DNA of 64,000 nt from Rhodobacterales bacterium (GCA_031425325.1 JANPJD010000064.1:15940-79939), one strand, 5' to 3'; counted from the stretch's first letter, positions 49,897-59,479 are shown. Notes: a model not told the origin generated them from the sequence alone. Numbers and translations: made by a program.

Positions 49897-50994
49897 TCAG
49901 TTCACCACGAACTCGGCGTGAAGCGCGCCTGCCGCGTTGATGCTTTTCAGGATGTCGATCATGTCGTTGGGTGCCACGCCGAGGGCGTTGAGACCCTCCA
50001 CCACTTGGGACAGGGTGGTGCCGCCCGGCACCACGGCAAGGCCGGTACCCGGGTCTTCCTCGATCGAGGCCTCGGTACGGGGAACAACGATCGTCTCGCC
50101 GGGTGCGAATGGATTGGGCTGATCGGCTTCCGGTCGCTCCTGAACCCGCAGGGTGAGGTTGCCCTGTGCCACCGCGACGGCGCTGATCCGCACGTCCTCC
50201 CCCATGACGATGGTCCCGGACCGCTGATCGACCACCACCCGGGCGCGCGATTGGGGTTCCACGACAAGGTTCTCGACCCGCCCCAAGACATGCGCCGGAG
50301 AGCGCATCCGCGCCGCCGCGACGTCCAGCGAGACGGTCCCCGGGTCGGTCATTGCAGCGATAGCCTGGCCGAACTCGCGGTTGATCGCATCCTCAATCCG
50401 CCCCGCAGTCGTGAAATCGGGGGTCCGCAAGGCCAACCGGATCGAGGTCAGGCCGGAGAAGTCGAACTCGACCTCGCGTTCGACCCGTGCGCCCGAGGGG
50501 ATAGAACCACCGGTCGGGACGCCTTGCACAACGCGCGCCGCCTCACCCTCGGCCGAAATGCCGCCCGCGATCACCGCACCCTGCGCCACGGCGTAGATCT
50601 GTCCATCCGCACCATTCAGCGGAGTCATTACAAGCGTGCCGCCACGGAGACTCTGAGCATCCCCGATGGCCGAGACGGAAACATCAACGCGGGCCCCTGC
50701 GCGGGCGAAGGGCGGAAGACTTGCGGTCACGAAGACGGCAGCGACATTCTTGGGGCGGAACTGCTCGCCCGTCACGTTGACCCCGAGCCGTTCCAGAAGG
50801 TTCGTCATGATCTCTTCGGTGAAGGGCGCGTTCCTGAGGCCATCTCCGGTGCCGTTCAGGCCAACGACAAGGCCGTAACCGACCAGATCGTTGCCCCGGA
50901 CACCGTCGAACTCCACAAGGTCCTTGATGCGAATGTCGGCAGCGGGCGCCGGAGCCGCATGAACGAGGGCGAGCAGGAGGACAAGCCACCTCAC
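49897..50994 (-). CDS. flgI: Flagellar P-ring protein FlgI
   Basis: GTG start overlapping the flgL stop. Signal peptide, then IRIKDLVEFDGVRGNDLVGYGLVVGLNGTGD...LNALGVAPNDMIDILKSINAAGALHAEFV. Confidence 0.95.
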   Translation of the reverse strand: MRWLVLLLALVHAAPAPAADIRIKDLVEFDGVRGNDLVGYGLVVGLNGTGDGLRNAPFTEEIMTNLLERLGVNVTGEQFRPKNVAAVFVTASLPPFARAGARVDVSVSAIGDAQSLRGGTLVMTPLNGADGQIYAVAQGAVIAGGISAEGEAARVVQGVPTGGSIPSGARVEREVEFDFSGLTSIRLALRTPDFTTAGRIEDAINREFGQAIAAMTDPGTVSLDVAAARMRSPAHVLGRVENLVVEPQSRARVVVDQRSGTIVMGEDVRISAVAVAQGNLTLRVQERPEADQPNPFAPGETIVVPRTEASIEEDPGTGLAVVPGGTTLSQVVEGLNALGVAPNDMIDILKSINAAGALHAEFVVN

Positions 50995-51992
50995 AAGTAG
51001 TTCGCCAGGCTGAGGCGCGAGAGGCGGGCGGTAACGGCATAGAGCGTGTCGAGCTGGCCTTCCGCGCGCGTCAGGGCACTTGCCGCCTCGTAACCGTCGA
51101 CCTCAACCAGCGCCGACCGCACGATCCGCAGCGATGTCGCCTCGGCAGCGTTCCGGGTCTCGGCCGAAGCGATCCGCTCTTGCGCGATGCCCAAACGGGC
51201 GGCGAGTTCGGTGCGCGGTGAGGCAGAGCCGAGCAGGGTTTCACCTGCCCTGCGCGCGAGATGCGCCTGCTCGGCTACGTTGCCCAAAAGTATGCCCCGG
51301 TCGACGAGCGCCCCCATCGCAAGGCCCTTCAGCGTCTCGCGCAGCCCCGGATCGGCGGCTGTGGCGGCGAGGGAAACGGTCTCTCCCGGTGCGGTGGCGA
51401 TGGGGTCGAGTGGGGGGCCACCCCGATAGGCGACAGTTTCGAAGCCTGCCGGGTCGCTGAACCAGGCATCGAGAGCAGCGCTTACCGCATCGGCGGATTG
51501 AAGCCCCGCTACCGCCATGTCGAGGGCATCGAGGATTACGTCGGACTGGGCCAACGCGGATCTTCGCGTCTCGGTGCCTGCGAAGAGCGAGCGATCGCCG
51601 ATCCGGCTGTTCAATGTCGCGACGGCCGAATCGAAGCGCTCCCGCGCATCGCGGCCTGCGGTGGCGAGGCTCGTCTGGTTTCCCGGCGATGCGGCAAGCA
51701 GAAGCGTGCTGGACAGGGTCTGAGCCATATCGCCCAAGCTTTCGAGAGCGACCTGCATGCCGTCGGCAAACGTCTTCGCCTCGGATGTCGAGGTGCGATA
51801 CGCCGCGAGCCGGGTGAGCGCACCGTCGATACCGTTGAGGGACGTGAAGTCGCCCTTCACCGCCCGTCCGGTATCCTGAACGCGGCCTGTCGTGGACTCG
51901 AAAGCCCGCCGGTCAAGCTCGGTCTTCAGAACGGTCGTCTGGTTCCGCAGCATGAAGCTGCGCGCAAGATCACCGATCGACGATACTGTCAT
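50991..51992 (-). CDS. flgL: Flagellar hook-associated protein 3 (FlgL)
   Basis: Flagellin-like termini (MTVSSIGDLARSFMLRNQ... and ...LYAVTARLSRLSLANYL). Positioned after flgK. Confidence 0.8.
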   Translation of the reverse strand: MTVSSIGDLARSFMLRNQTTVLKTELDRRAFESTTGRVQDTGRAVKGDFTSLNGIDGALTRLAAYRTSTSEAKTFADGMQVALESLGDMAQTLSSTLLLAASPGNQTSLATAGRDARERFDSAVATLNSRIGDRSLFAGTETRRSALAQSDVILDALDMAVAGLQSADAVSAALDAWFSDPAGFETVAYRGGPPLDPIATAPGETVSLAATAADPGLRETLKGLAMGALVDRGILLGNVAEQAHLARRAGETLLGSASPRTELAARLGIAQERIASAETRNAAEATSLRIVRSALVEVDGYEAASALTRAEGQLDTLYAVTARLSRLSLANYL

Positions 51993-51993
51993 G

Positions 51994-53451
51994 TCACATC
52001 CCCAGAAGCAGCTTGATCATGTCGTCAATCGTCTGCACGACCTTGGCATTGGCGCCGAAGGCCTGTTCGATCAGCAGAAGCTGCTGAACCTGCTGGTCGC
52101 TGTCGACGCCCATCGCCAACTCGTCGTTCCGCAACGCATTGAAGCTCGCCGACGAGAACCCCTGCTCGGACTCGGCGTCGAGCCGCCGGGCCGATATCCG
52201 CGAGAGGAGATCCGAAGCAAGGCCCGCCAAGCTGCGCTCGCCAGGCTCGAATTCGCCCGACAGCGGCTCGCGCTTTTCCGACAGGGCCTCCTGAAGCGAG
52301 CCTAGAATCCGCGAGGCTCCGGGAGAGCCGAGTGTTGCGGCCCCAAGCCCATCGCGCAACCGCCAAAGCGCGCCGCCCTGCGAAGGGTCCGCCGCCGTGT
52401 TTATCGTAAGTCGGCCAGCGAGGCCGGACTCGGTAGCTGAATCGAAGACGGCGCCGCCATCCGTGAAAAGACCCGGCTGACCGGCGGCAAGGGACGGATC
52501 ACGGGCCGGGTCGGCGAAGCGCGCCATCAGGTCGCGCGCAACGGCGTCGAGTTGGGCCTGCAGGGCCGGGGCATGGGTATCGCGGATAGCGAAATCAGCC
52601 GCGAGCGTGCCCCCCTCCATCTTGCCGTTCGAAACGCCGAGCGTCACGGCCCGTCCATTCATCGTCAGGCCGGAAAGGGCCCCCGTGTCGACCGTCATGT
52701 CGGCCGTCACGAGCCCGACCGGCACGAAACCGAACACCGCCGGGCGCCCGTCGAGCAGGACCGCACCCCCCGTCGTCACCAGCGCGACCTCGCCGTTGTC
52801 GCGCGCGATCTCGCGCACCGGCACGATCCCTGCAATTCGGTCGATCAGCTGCTGACGCTGGTCGAGAAGGGCCGAGGCGTCCCGGTCGGCGGTGACCTGA
52901 CGGAGGATTCTCGCGTTCAGGATATCGACCTTCATCAAGGTCTCGTTGAGGACCGCAACATCGCGGGCAATCCGGTCGTCGGCCCTTGCACGCTCGTCCT
53001 GGACGGCGTCGGTTGCATCTTTAAGCTGTGCTGTGAGCCCCTGGGCTGCTTCGAGCACATCCGCGAGGCGCGGCTCGCTGTCGGGGCGGGATGTGGCGGC
53101 GAGCAGCGCACCCTCGAGATTCTCGATGTTCTGCCCCAGCGAGCTTGAACTGTCGGGCGTGCCGACGGCGGATTCCATCCGGGTAAAGTGGTCGACCGTG
53201 ACGCCCGCCCCGGCAGAACCCGCCTGGGCCACACGCCTGTCCGAAAGAAGCACCAGGTCGACCACGCGCAGGACGCCCGTGACCTTGACGCCGCTGCCCG
53301 AGCCGCCGACGCTTCTGGCCGACAGTTCGAGCTCGCGGCGGCCATAGCCATCGGTCAGGGCGTTTGCAACGTTGGTCGATACAAGCTCGGACGCCCGCGA
53401 CGTGGCCTGAAGACCCGAGAGCGCGCTGGAGAGGCTGGTGGAAAGGCTCAT
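51994..53451 (-). CDS. flgK: Flagellar hook-associated protein 1 (FlgK)
   Basis: MSLSTSLSSALSGLQATSRASELVSTNVANALTDGYGRRE...LLLIEQAFGANAKVVQTIDDM. Confidence 0.9.
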   Translation of the reverse strand: MSLSTSLSSALSGLQATSRASELVSTNVANALTDGYGRRELELSARSVGGSGSGVKVTGVLRVVDLVLLSDRRVAQAGSAGAGVTVDHFTRMESAVGTPDSSSSLGQNIENLEGALLAATSRPDSEPRLADVLEAAQGLTAQLKDATDAVQDERARADDRIARDVAVLNETLMKVDILNARILRQVTADRDASALLDQRQQLIDRIAGIVPVREIARDNGEVALVTTGGAVLLDGRPAVFGFVPVGLVTADMTVDTGALSGLTMNGRAVTLGVSNGKMEGGTLAADFAIRDTHAPALQAQLDAVARDLMARFADPARDPSLAAGQPGLFTDGGAVFDSATESGLAGRLTINTAADPSQGGALWRLRDGLGAATLGSPGASRILGSLQEALSEKREPLSGEFEPGERSLAGLASDLLSRISARRLDAESEQGFSSASFNALRNDELAMGVDSDQQVQQLLLIEQAFGANAKVVQTIDDMIKLLLGM

Positions 53452-53471
53452 CTCGGTATCCTAACGTTCGT

Positions 53472-54776
53472 TCATCTTTTGATGTTGGATGTTTCCTGAA
53501 GCATCTCGTCGACAGTCTGGATGACCTTGGCGTTGGACGAATAGGCGCGTTGTGTCTGGATCAACTGGGTCAGTTCGGCCGCAACGTCTGTGGCCGACTC
53601 CTCGCGTGCGAAGCCGAGAACCGACCCGGTGGGTCCGTCGCCTGCGTCCCACAGGAACAGCGGGCCGCTGTCGTTGGAGATCTGATAGGTCTGGTTGCTG
53701 TTCGCGATGAGGCCGTTGATGTTCGGCACGTCCACGAGCGGGATCTGGTAGATCCGCCGCGTGAAGCCCTGGTCGTAGATGGCATAGAGATCGCCTTTCT
53801 CGTCGATCTGGACCGAAGTCACGTTCGCCACGGGTGATCCGTTCTTCGACACCCCGGTCAGTGCGAAACTGTCGGAAAGCTGCGTCATGCCTTCGGGGTC
53901 GCCGGGCGAACCCAGGGTCAGATCGATGGGACCCCCGGCAACGGTTAGGCCGACGCGGCCGGTTATCGGATCGTAGGCCCCGCCCGAAACTGTTGCGACA
54001 GAGAGGAGAGTGCCACCGGACCCTCGGCTGTCGTCGAAGGTCAGCGTGTACTCGCCCACGACCGCACCGCCCGAAGCGGAGTCCCGCAGTACCAGCGTCC
54101 ACTGGTTCGATGAGCCTGCGGCGGGAACGGTCGGCGTGAAACTCGCGTCGATGGTTTCGGCAGTTCCAAGGTTGCCAAAATACTCGACATTAAGCGACTG
54201 CACTTCTCCGCCGGCACCGGCAGTGGTCTCTGTGGCCGGCAGGTTTACGGCAAGACTGATGCGCGTCGTCGGGTTGGCCGCAAATTCGTTCAGTCCGATC
54301 CGCACGGGCACCAGACCGCTGGGACTGACCCGTGAGTTGTTCGGGATCGTGCCGTCGGAATTCGCAGGCCAGCCCATAAGCACCATGCCGGATTCTGTCC
54401 TAAGAAGGCCTTCGGCGTCGGGGCGGAACGAGCCGGTCGTCATCAGGCTGAGGGGGGGCGAGCTTTCCCCCCGCTCGACCGCGCTCGCGGTCGTGACCGG
54501 CAGCATGCCCCGCCCGTCCACCGCGATGTCGGTGGCATTTGAGGTGCTGACGAGCGGTCCACGCTCGTCGATCAGGCGCATGGTCGATACGCGGACGCCG
54601 CCCGCCGAATAGCTGGACGTATTGCCGCCTTGCAGCACCATCGCATTGAAATCGACATCGGCCCGTCGGTAGCCATACGTCGAAGAATTCGCGATGTTGT
54701 CCGAGATCGTCGCCAGGCGTGTCGCATTGGCATTGAGTCCGGCGACCCCGGCATTGAGCGAGGAAGAGATTGTCAT
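53472..54776 (-). CDS. flgE: Flagellar hook protein FlgE
   Basis: MTISSSLNAGVAGLNANATRLATISDNIANSSTYGYRR...LIQTQRAYSSNAKVIQTVDEML. Confidence 0.9.
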   Translation of the reverse strand: MTISSSLNAGVAGLNANATRLATISDNIANSSTYGYRRADVDFNAMVLQGGNTSSYSAGGVRVSTMRLIDERGPLVSTSNATDIAVDGRGMLPVTTASAVERGESSPPLSLMTTGSFRPDAEGLLRTESGMVLMGWPANSDGTIPNNSRVSPSGLVPVRIGLNEFAANPTTRISLAVNLPATETTAGAGGEVQSLNVEYFGNLGTAETIDASFTPTVPAAGSSNQWTLVLRDSASGGAVVGEYTLTFDDSRGSGGTLLSVATVSGGAYDPITGRVGLTVAGGPIDLTLGSPGDPEGMTQLSDSFALTGVSKNGSPVANVTSVQIDEKGDLYAIYDQGFTRRIYQIPLVDVPNINGLIANSNQTYQISNDSGPLFLWDAGDGPTGSVLGFAREESATDVAAELTQLIQTQRAYSSNAKVIQTVDEMLQETSNIKR

Positions 54777-54825
54777 CAGTGCGCCTTTCTGCAGCAAGCG
54801 TTGTGCACACCATGCGACCGCTGCC

Positions 54826-54840
54826 TTAAGATGCGACTAA
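54826..54840. promoter_or_regulatory. CtrA-box-like motif between motB and flgE
   Basis: TTAA-gatgcga-CTAA, 50-64 nt upstream of the flgE ATG. One mismatch to TTAA-N7-TTAA. Confidence 0.35.
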
Positions 54841-54853
54841 CGACGCCGGGGCT

Positions 54854-55702
54854 TCACCGGTCTCGTCGCAACAGGATCACTTCGATCCGGTTGTTGCGTG
54901 CCGCCATCGGATTCGCGGTTACGGGCATCCGGTCGGAAAAGCCCGCGATCCGTTGGATGCGCGACGGTGGCAGAGACGCTGATTCGAGCAGGAGGCGCAT
55001 CTGTTGAGCCCGCTCGGACGACAGCGTCCACGCGGGATTGCGGATCAGGGTGATCGGATAGGACCGGACGTGGCCCTGCACCGCCACATCGTTACTGGCG
55101 AGGCCGATTACTTCCGCAAGCAGGGCCGCAAGATCTCCGAGGATCGGCTCGGGCGTTGCAGTATCGGTGCTGAAAAGCTGCATGTCATCGAGGTCGAACA
55201 GTTCGATCACCAGCCCTTCGTCCGTGACGCGGGTCACGACATGGCGCAGCGCGCGTTCCATCGTCATGCTCTCGCCGCCCTTCGCAAGCAGGGCCTGCTC
55301 GACCCGCTCGAGCGCGGCGACCTCGCCTTCGGTGCCCGTCCGGTCACCTTCGCCCGGGGTCGCATCCCCCTTTGCCTGCTGTTCGGCCGCGGGGCGCATA
55401 GCGGCGGCACCGGTTCCGTTCCGCGCGAACACATCCTCGGAAAAGATGCTGTCCCCGCCGAACGCCCCATCGCCGCCGCCGGAAATCCGGTTGATCGGAA
55501 TCGTCGGATTGAAGTAATCCGCGATACCCTTTCGCTGTTTTTCGGTCGTCGCGTTCAACAGCCACATCAGCATGAAGAAAGCCATCATCGCGGTGACGAA
55601 GTCGGCATACGCCACCTTCCAGGCCCCGCCATGGTGCCCGCCGCCCTGAATGATCTTCTTCCGCTTGATGATGACTGGCGCGGCGTTCGACTGCCCTGCC
55701 AT
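54854..55702 (-). CDS. motB: Flagellar stator protein MotB (OmpA-like C-terminus)
   Basis: GGHHGGAWKVAYADFVTAMMAFFMLMWLLN and C-terminal ...ARNNRIEVILLR. Confidence 0.85.
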   Translation of the reverse strand: MAGQSNAAPVIIKRKKIIQGGGHHGGAWKVAYADFVTAMMAFFMLMWLLNATTEKQRKGIADYFNPTIPINRISGGGDGAFGGDSIFSEDVFARNGTGAAAMRPAAEQQAKGDATPGEGDRTGTEGEVAALERVEQALLAKGGESMTMERALRHVVTRVTDEGLVIELFDLDDMQLFSTDTATPEPILGDLAALLAEVIGLASNDVAVQGHVRSYPITLIRNPAWTLSSERAQQMRLLLESASLPPSRIQRIAGFSDRMPVTANPMAARNNRIEVILLRRDR

Positions 55703-55848
55703 CCCGTCACCCTTCCGTCACCCCGACGGCAGAATGAGGCATCCAGGATGAAGGCGGGCTTAACCTTCGGCATTTTAGATGCTTCAAAAGAGCGGGGCCG
55801 GCTTTGGTCAGATGGCCCGGCGTCGTGACTGCGCCTGGGAGAGTGCCG

Positions 55849-56691
55849 ATGACCCTTTTCCTCGGGATTGACGGTGGCGGCAGCGGCTGCCGCGCCGCCC
55901 TCTGCGATCGTGACGGGACAGTGATTGGCCGGGGCGAAGCGGGGCCGTCGAATATTGCATCGGACCCGGATGGCGCCCGTCAGAGCATTCTGGCCGCCGC
56001 GGCACTTGCCATGCCGCCAGAGACCGATCCGATGGCGGTCGAGGCGGTCCTCGGCCTTGCCGGGGCGAACGCGGGAAGCGACCTCACGGCCTTTGCCGCT
56101 TCGCTGCCGTTCCGCCAAAGCCGGATCGTCTCGGATGCCGTGACGGCAATCAAGGGCGCGCTGCGGGACGATGACGGCATCGTCGCGGCGCTTGGAACAG
56201 GCTCGGTCTTCGCATCACAGCGAGGCTGCCACATCACGCAGATCGGCGGATGGGGGTTCAGCCTGGGCGACGAGGCCTCGGGTGCCTGGATCGGCCGCGA
56301 GGTGCTGTGGCTTGCGCTGCGGGCGACCGACGGGATGGCGGGAGACACCCCGCTGCTACAGGGCTTTCGGGACCGGATGGGCGGTGGCGACGGCATCGTA
56401 CGGTTCGCGGCCCGCAACCGCGCCGAGGAGTTCGCTGCCCTCGCGCGCGAGGTGATGCAGTCCGACGATCCGGCCGCACAGATCATCAGAACCCGCGCAG
56501 AAGCGGAAATCCTCGCGTACATTAACAGGCTCGCAGGGGATGACGCTCTTCCGGTGGTCTTCACGGGCGGCCTCGGGGCCGCATTTGCCGACCGGCTTGC
56601 GGATCGGTGCAGGGTGCAAAAGGCACAGGGCAGCCCGCTGGACGGGGCGCTCTGGTTAGCGCGGACGTCTGGACAAGGACGGCGTACATGA
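55849..56691 (+). CDS. BadF/BadG/BcrA/BcrD-type ATPase, N-acetylglucosamine kinase-like
   Basis: MTLFLGIDGGGSGCRAAL...LGTGSV...GGWGFSLGDEASGAWIG. Coupled to nagA by an ATGA overlap. Confidence 0.75.
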   Translation: MTLFLGIDGGGSGCRAALCDRDGTVIGRGEAGPSNIASDPDGARQSILAAAALAMPPETDPMAVEAVLGLAGANAGSDLTAFAASLPFRQSRIVSDAVTAIKGALRDDDGIVAALGTGSVFASQRGCHITQIGGWGFSLGDEASGAWIGREVLWLALRATDGMAGDTPLLQGFRDRMGGGDGIVRFAARNRAEEFAALAREVMQSDDPAAQIIRTRAEAEILAYINRLAGDDALPVVFTGGLGAAFADRLADRCRVQKAQGSPLDGALWLARTSGQGRRT

Positions 56692-57833
56692 CCCGGACGA
56701 TCCTGAAGGGCGCCACGGTGTTCGATGGCGAGCGGCTGCACGACGGCAAGTCGGTTGTCCTGCTCGACGGGCGGATCGACGCGCTTGTGCCCGAGGCCGA
56801 GGCGCAGGGCGACACTGTCCTTGACCTGACGGGCTGTACCCTCGCGCCGGGCTTCGTCGATCTGCAGGTGAACGGAGGCGGCGGGCGGATGATCGACGAC
56901 AGGACCGACGTCGCGGCGATCCACGAGATCTGCGCGGCGCATGCGCGCCTTGGCGCGACCTCGATCCTTCCGACGCTTGTGACGACAACCTTCGAGGGTA
57001 CGGGCCGGGTCATCGAGGCTGGGGTCGCTGCCGTTGGCACGGTACCCGGCTTTGTCGGCCTGCATCTGGAGGGTCCGCATCTCGATCCGGTCCGCTGCGG
57101 CGCGCACGATCCGCGTCTGATCCGCCCGATGCGGGACGATGACCTCGTCCGCTTGCTGGACGCTGCGCGAAGGTTGCCGGTCCTGATGCTGACAGTCGCA
57201 CCCGAAGCGGTCAGCAACGCGCAGATCACGGCGCTGTCCGGGGCGGGGGTGATCGTCAGCCTCGGTCACAGCAACTGTACTGCCGCCGTGGCGCGGCGGG
57301 CCATCGACGCTGGGGCGCGCTGCGCGACGCACCTCTTCAACGCGATGAGCCCCCTGACAAGCCGCGAGCCCGGGCTCGTCGGGGCCGTGCTGGACGGAAC
57401 GATCCCGGCAGGCCTGATCGCCGATGGGCACCACGTCGCGCCCGAGGTCATGCGGATCGCGCTGGCGGCCCGCCGGGATGGCATCTTCCTTGTGTCGGAT
57501 GCCATGGCCGTGGCCGGAACAAGCGCAACCGAGTGCCGCATCGGAGACCGGGTTATCCGGCGCAACGGGGGCCGTCTGACTCTTGCCGACGGCACGCTTG
57601 CGGGGGCCGACATCTCGCTGCCCGAAGCGGTGGCTGTCCTCGTGCGGTCGGGCATCCGGCGCGAGCGGGCACTTGCGATGGCAACCTCGGTTCCCGCCGA
57701 GGTCGCTGGTCTTGGTCACAGGATCGGGCGGATCGAGCCAGGAAGGGGCGCCGACCTTGTTCTTCTTGGCCCGGACGGCGGGCTGAGACAGGTCTGGCAG
57801 GCCGGACGGATGATTCTTTCCCCGACCGTCTAG
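56688..57833 (+). CDS. nagA: N-acetylglucosamine-6-phosphate deacetylase
   Basis: LAPGFVDLQVNGGGG...HLEGPHL...SLGHSN...THLFNAMS...GLIADGHHV. Confidence 0.9.
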   Translation: MTRTILKGATVFDGERLHDGKSVVLLDGRIDALVPEAEAQGDTVLDLTGCTLAPGFVDLQVNGGGGRMIDDRTDVAAIHEICAAHARLGATSILPTLVTTTFEGTGRVIEAGVAAVGTVPGFVGLHLEGPHLDPVRCGAHDPRLIRPMRDDDLVRLLDAARRLPVLMLTVAPEAVSNAQITALSGAGVIVSLGHSNCTAAVARRAIDAGARCATHLFNAMSPLTSREPGLVGAVLDGTIPAGLIADGHHVAPEVMRIALAARRDGIFLVSDAMAVAGTSATECRIGDRVIRRNGGRLTLADGTLAGADISLPEAVAVLVRSGIRRERALAMATSVPAEVAGLGHRIGRIEPGRGADLVLLGPDGGLRQVWQAGRMILSPTV

Positions 57834-58477
57834 GCCCGGTTCAGCCAACGTCGCAGGACGCCGACATCTTCCGCCATGACACCATGGCCTGCGCCGGGAT
57901 AGTGCCGTGTCTCGACCGTCGCGCCCATGGCGGACAGGACCGCGGCGCTTTCCTCGACGCGGCGCAGCGGGATATGCGGATCGCGCTCGTGAACGCTGAT
58001 CCAGACCCTTCCCGGCGTGATGTGGGGCGCATAGTGGAAGGTCTTGGGCCGGAAGCCCCCCAGCGCCTCGTCCCCCGCCAGACTCGAGTCATCCGTCCCG
58101 ACGAGCCCGCCCGACATGGCGATCACGCCTGCAAGCCCGTCGCCGTGACGCGCGAAGACCTCGAGCGCAAGACAGGCGCCCTGGCTGAATCCACCCAGCC
58201 AGATCCGTTCGCGTGGCAGGCCATCGCGCTCAAGTTCCGCGACGGCGTCGAGCATCCGCGCAGTGCCAGCCTCGACGAAGGGGGCCATCCGCGCCGCCGG
58301 GGCGAGAAAGCTGGTGGGCCACCAGCTTTGCCCCGGCGCATCGGGCGCGATGGCGACCACATCGGGCAAGGCTGCATGCGCCATCAGCCCGAGGATGTCC
58401 TGCGCGGACCCGCCCCGGCCGTGTGCCAGGACGATGCCCGCCGTCGCCCGCGATGGGGCGGGTCCGACGCGCCTCAT
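57830..58477 (-). CDS. Alpha/beta hydrolase (phospholipase/carboxylesterase family)
   Basis: GIVLAHGRGGSAQD...WLGGFSQGACLALE (GxSxG nucleophile elbow)...HERDPHIP. ATGA overlap with the upstream dioxygenase stop. Confidence 0.8.
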   Translation of the reverse strand: MRRVGPAPSRATAGIVLAHGRGGSAQDILGLMAHAALPDVVAIAPDAPGQSWWPTSFLAPAARMAPFVEAGTARMLDAVAELERDGLPRERIWLGGFSQGACLALEVFARHGDGLAGVIAMSGGLVGTDDSSLAGDEALGGFRPKTFHYAPHITPGRVWISVHERDPHIPLRRVEESAAVLSAMGATVETRHYPGAGHGVMAEDVGVLRRWLNRA

Positions 58478-59388
58478 TGCGGCACGCGCAGGGGCGGCAG
58501 GCTCCGCTCCAGATGGGCGCGGATCACCTCGTGCTGCGGCGGCAGCTTCAGGCTTTGCCCCAAGCTGTCGGCAGGTTCGTCGACCGCAAAGCCGGGCGGA
58601 TCGGTCGCGATCTCGAACAGGACGCCGCCGGGCTCGCGGAAGTAGATCGCATTGAAATACTGGCGGTCGATCACCGGAGTCGTGGGGTGTCCGGCGGCGG
58701 CAAGACGCTTTTGCCATTCATGCTGCTCGTCGTCCGAACGGGCGCGGAACGCGACGTGATGGATCGTGCCCGCACCCGGCCGACCGCGCGCGGGCACGTC
58801 GCTGCGAATCAGGTCGACGACGGTCCCGCGCTCGGTCCCCGGTGCCACGAACCGCTGCCGCGCGAAGCCGTCACGGGTTTCGCTGCCGGCCTCGCGATAG
58901 CCGAACACATCCGTCAGGATGCGCGCGGTTGGGCCGAACTCACGCTGCCAGAGCGTGACCGAGTGGAACCCGTCGATGGCCGCGGCGGCATCGGTCGTCT
59001 CGACCAGTTCCACCGCAGCGCCATCCGGGTCGCGCAAGGTCAGAACCCGCTGACCGAAGCGCTCGACCGGACCGGCGAAGTCGATCCCCGCCCCAGCGAG
59101 GTCATCCATCCAGCCATCGAGGCTCGCAACGGCATAGGCATGCGCGCTCGCCATGCCCGGACCGGGCCGACCGGGGGCCGCATCGACGAACGGAAAAAAT
59201 GTCATGATCGTTCCGGGCGAGCCTGCGGTGTCGCCGTAATACAGGTGGTAGGTATCAGGGGCGTCGAAGTTGACGGTCTTCTTCACAAGACGCTGCTTCA
59301 ACACCTGGGTGTAGAAGTCGACATTGTCCTGCGGCGGGCCAGAGATGGCCGTGACGTGGTGAAGGCCTGCGATGGATGTCTGCGACAT
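58474..59388 (-). CDS. VOC-superfamily ring-cleaving dioxygenase (two glyoxalase-like modules)
   Basis: GLHHVTAISGPPQDNVDFYTQVLKQRLVKKTVNFDAPDTYHLYYGD...IHHVAFR...YFNAIYFREPGGVLFEIATDPPGF. Confidence 0.85.
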   Translation of the reverse strand: MSQTSIAGLHHVTAISGPPQDNVDFYTQVLKQRLVKKTVNFDAPDTYHLYYGDTAGSPGTIMTFFPFVDAAPGRPGPGMASAHAYAVASLDGWMDDLAGAGIDFAGPVERFGQRVLTLRDPDGAAVELVETTDAAAAIDGFHSVTLWQREFGPTARILTDVFGYREAGSETRDGFARQRFVAPGTERGTVVDLIRSDVPARGRPGAGTIHHVAFRARSDDEQHEWQKRLAAAGHPTTPVIDRQYFNAIYFREPGGVLFEIATDPPGFAVDEPADSLGQSLKLPPQHEVIRAHLERSLPPLRVPQ

Positions 59389-59459
59389 GATCTGTCCTCA
59401 GGGCCGGAATGGCTTGGGACGAATTTGGTAAGCTCACCGCCTCAAGTCACCCTTCGCGA

Positions 59460-59479
59460 ATGCACGCAGGGCTGTGCAT
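59460..59479. promoter_or_regulatory. Inverted repeat upstream of the dioxygenase operon (candidate operator)
   Basis: atgcac-N8-gtgcat, 72-91 nt upstream of ATG 59388. Confidence 0.25.

Noticed and set aside
55703-55848. Full CtrA box upstream of motB
   Set aside because: Only a TTAACC half-site (55760-55765) is present. The nearest TTAG/CTAA-type partner half-site is at N11 spacing, not N7.
55980-57848. 622-aa minus-strand ORF
   Set aside because: It lies antisense to the nagK-like and nagA genes.
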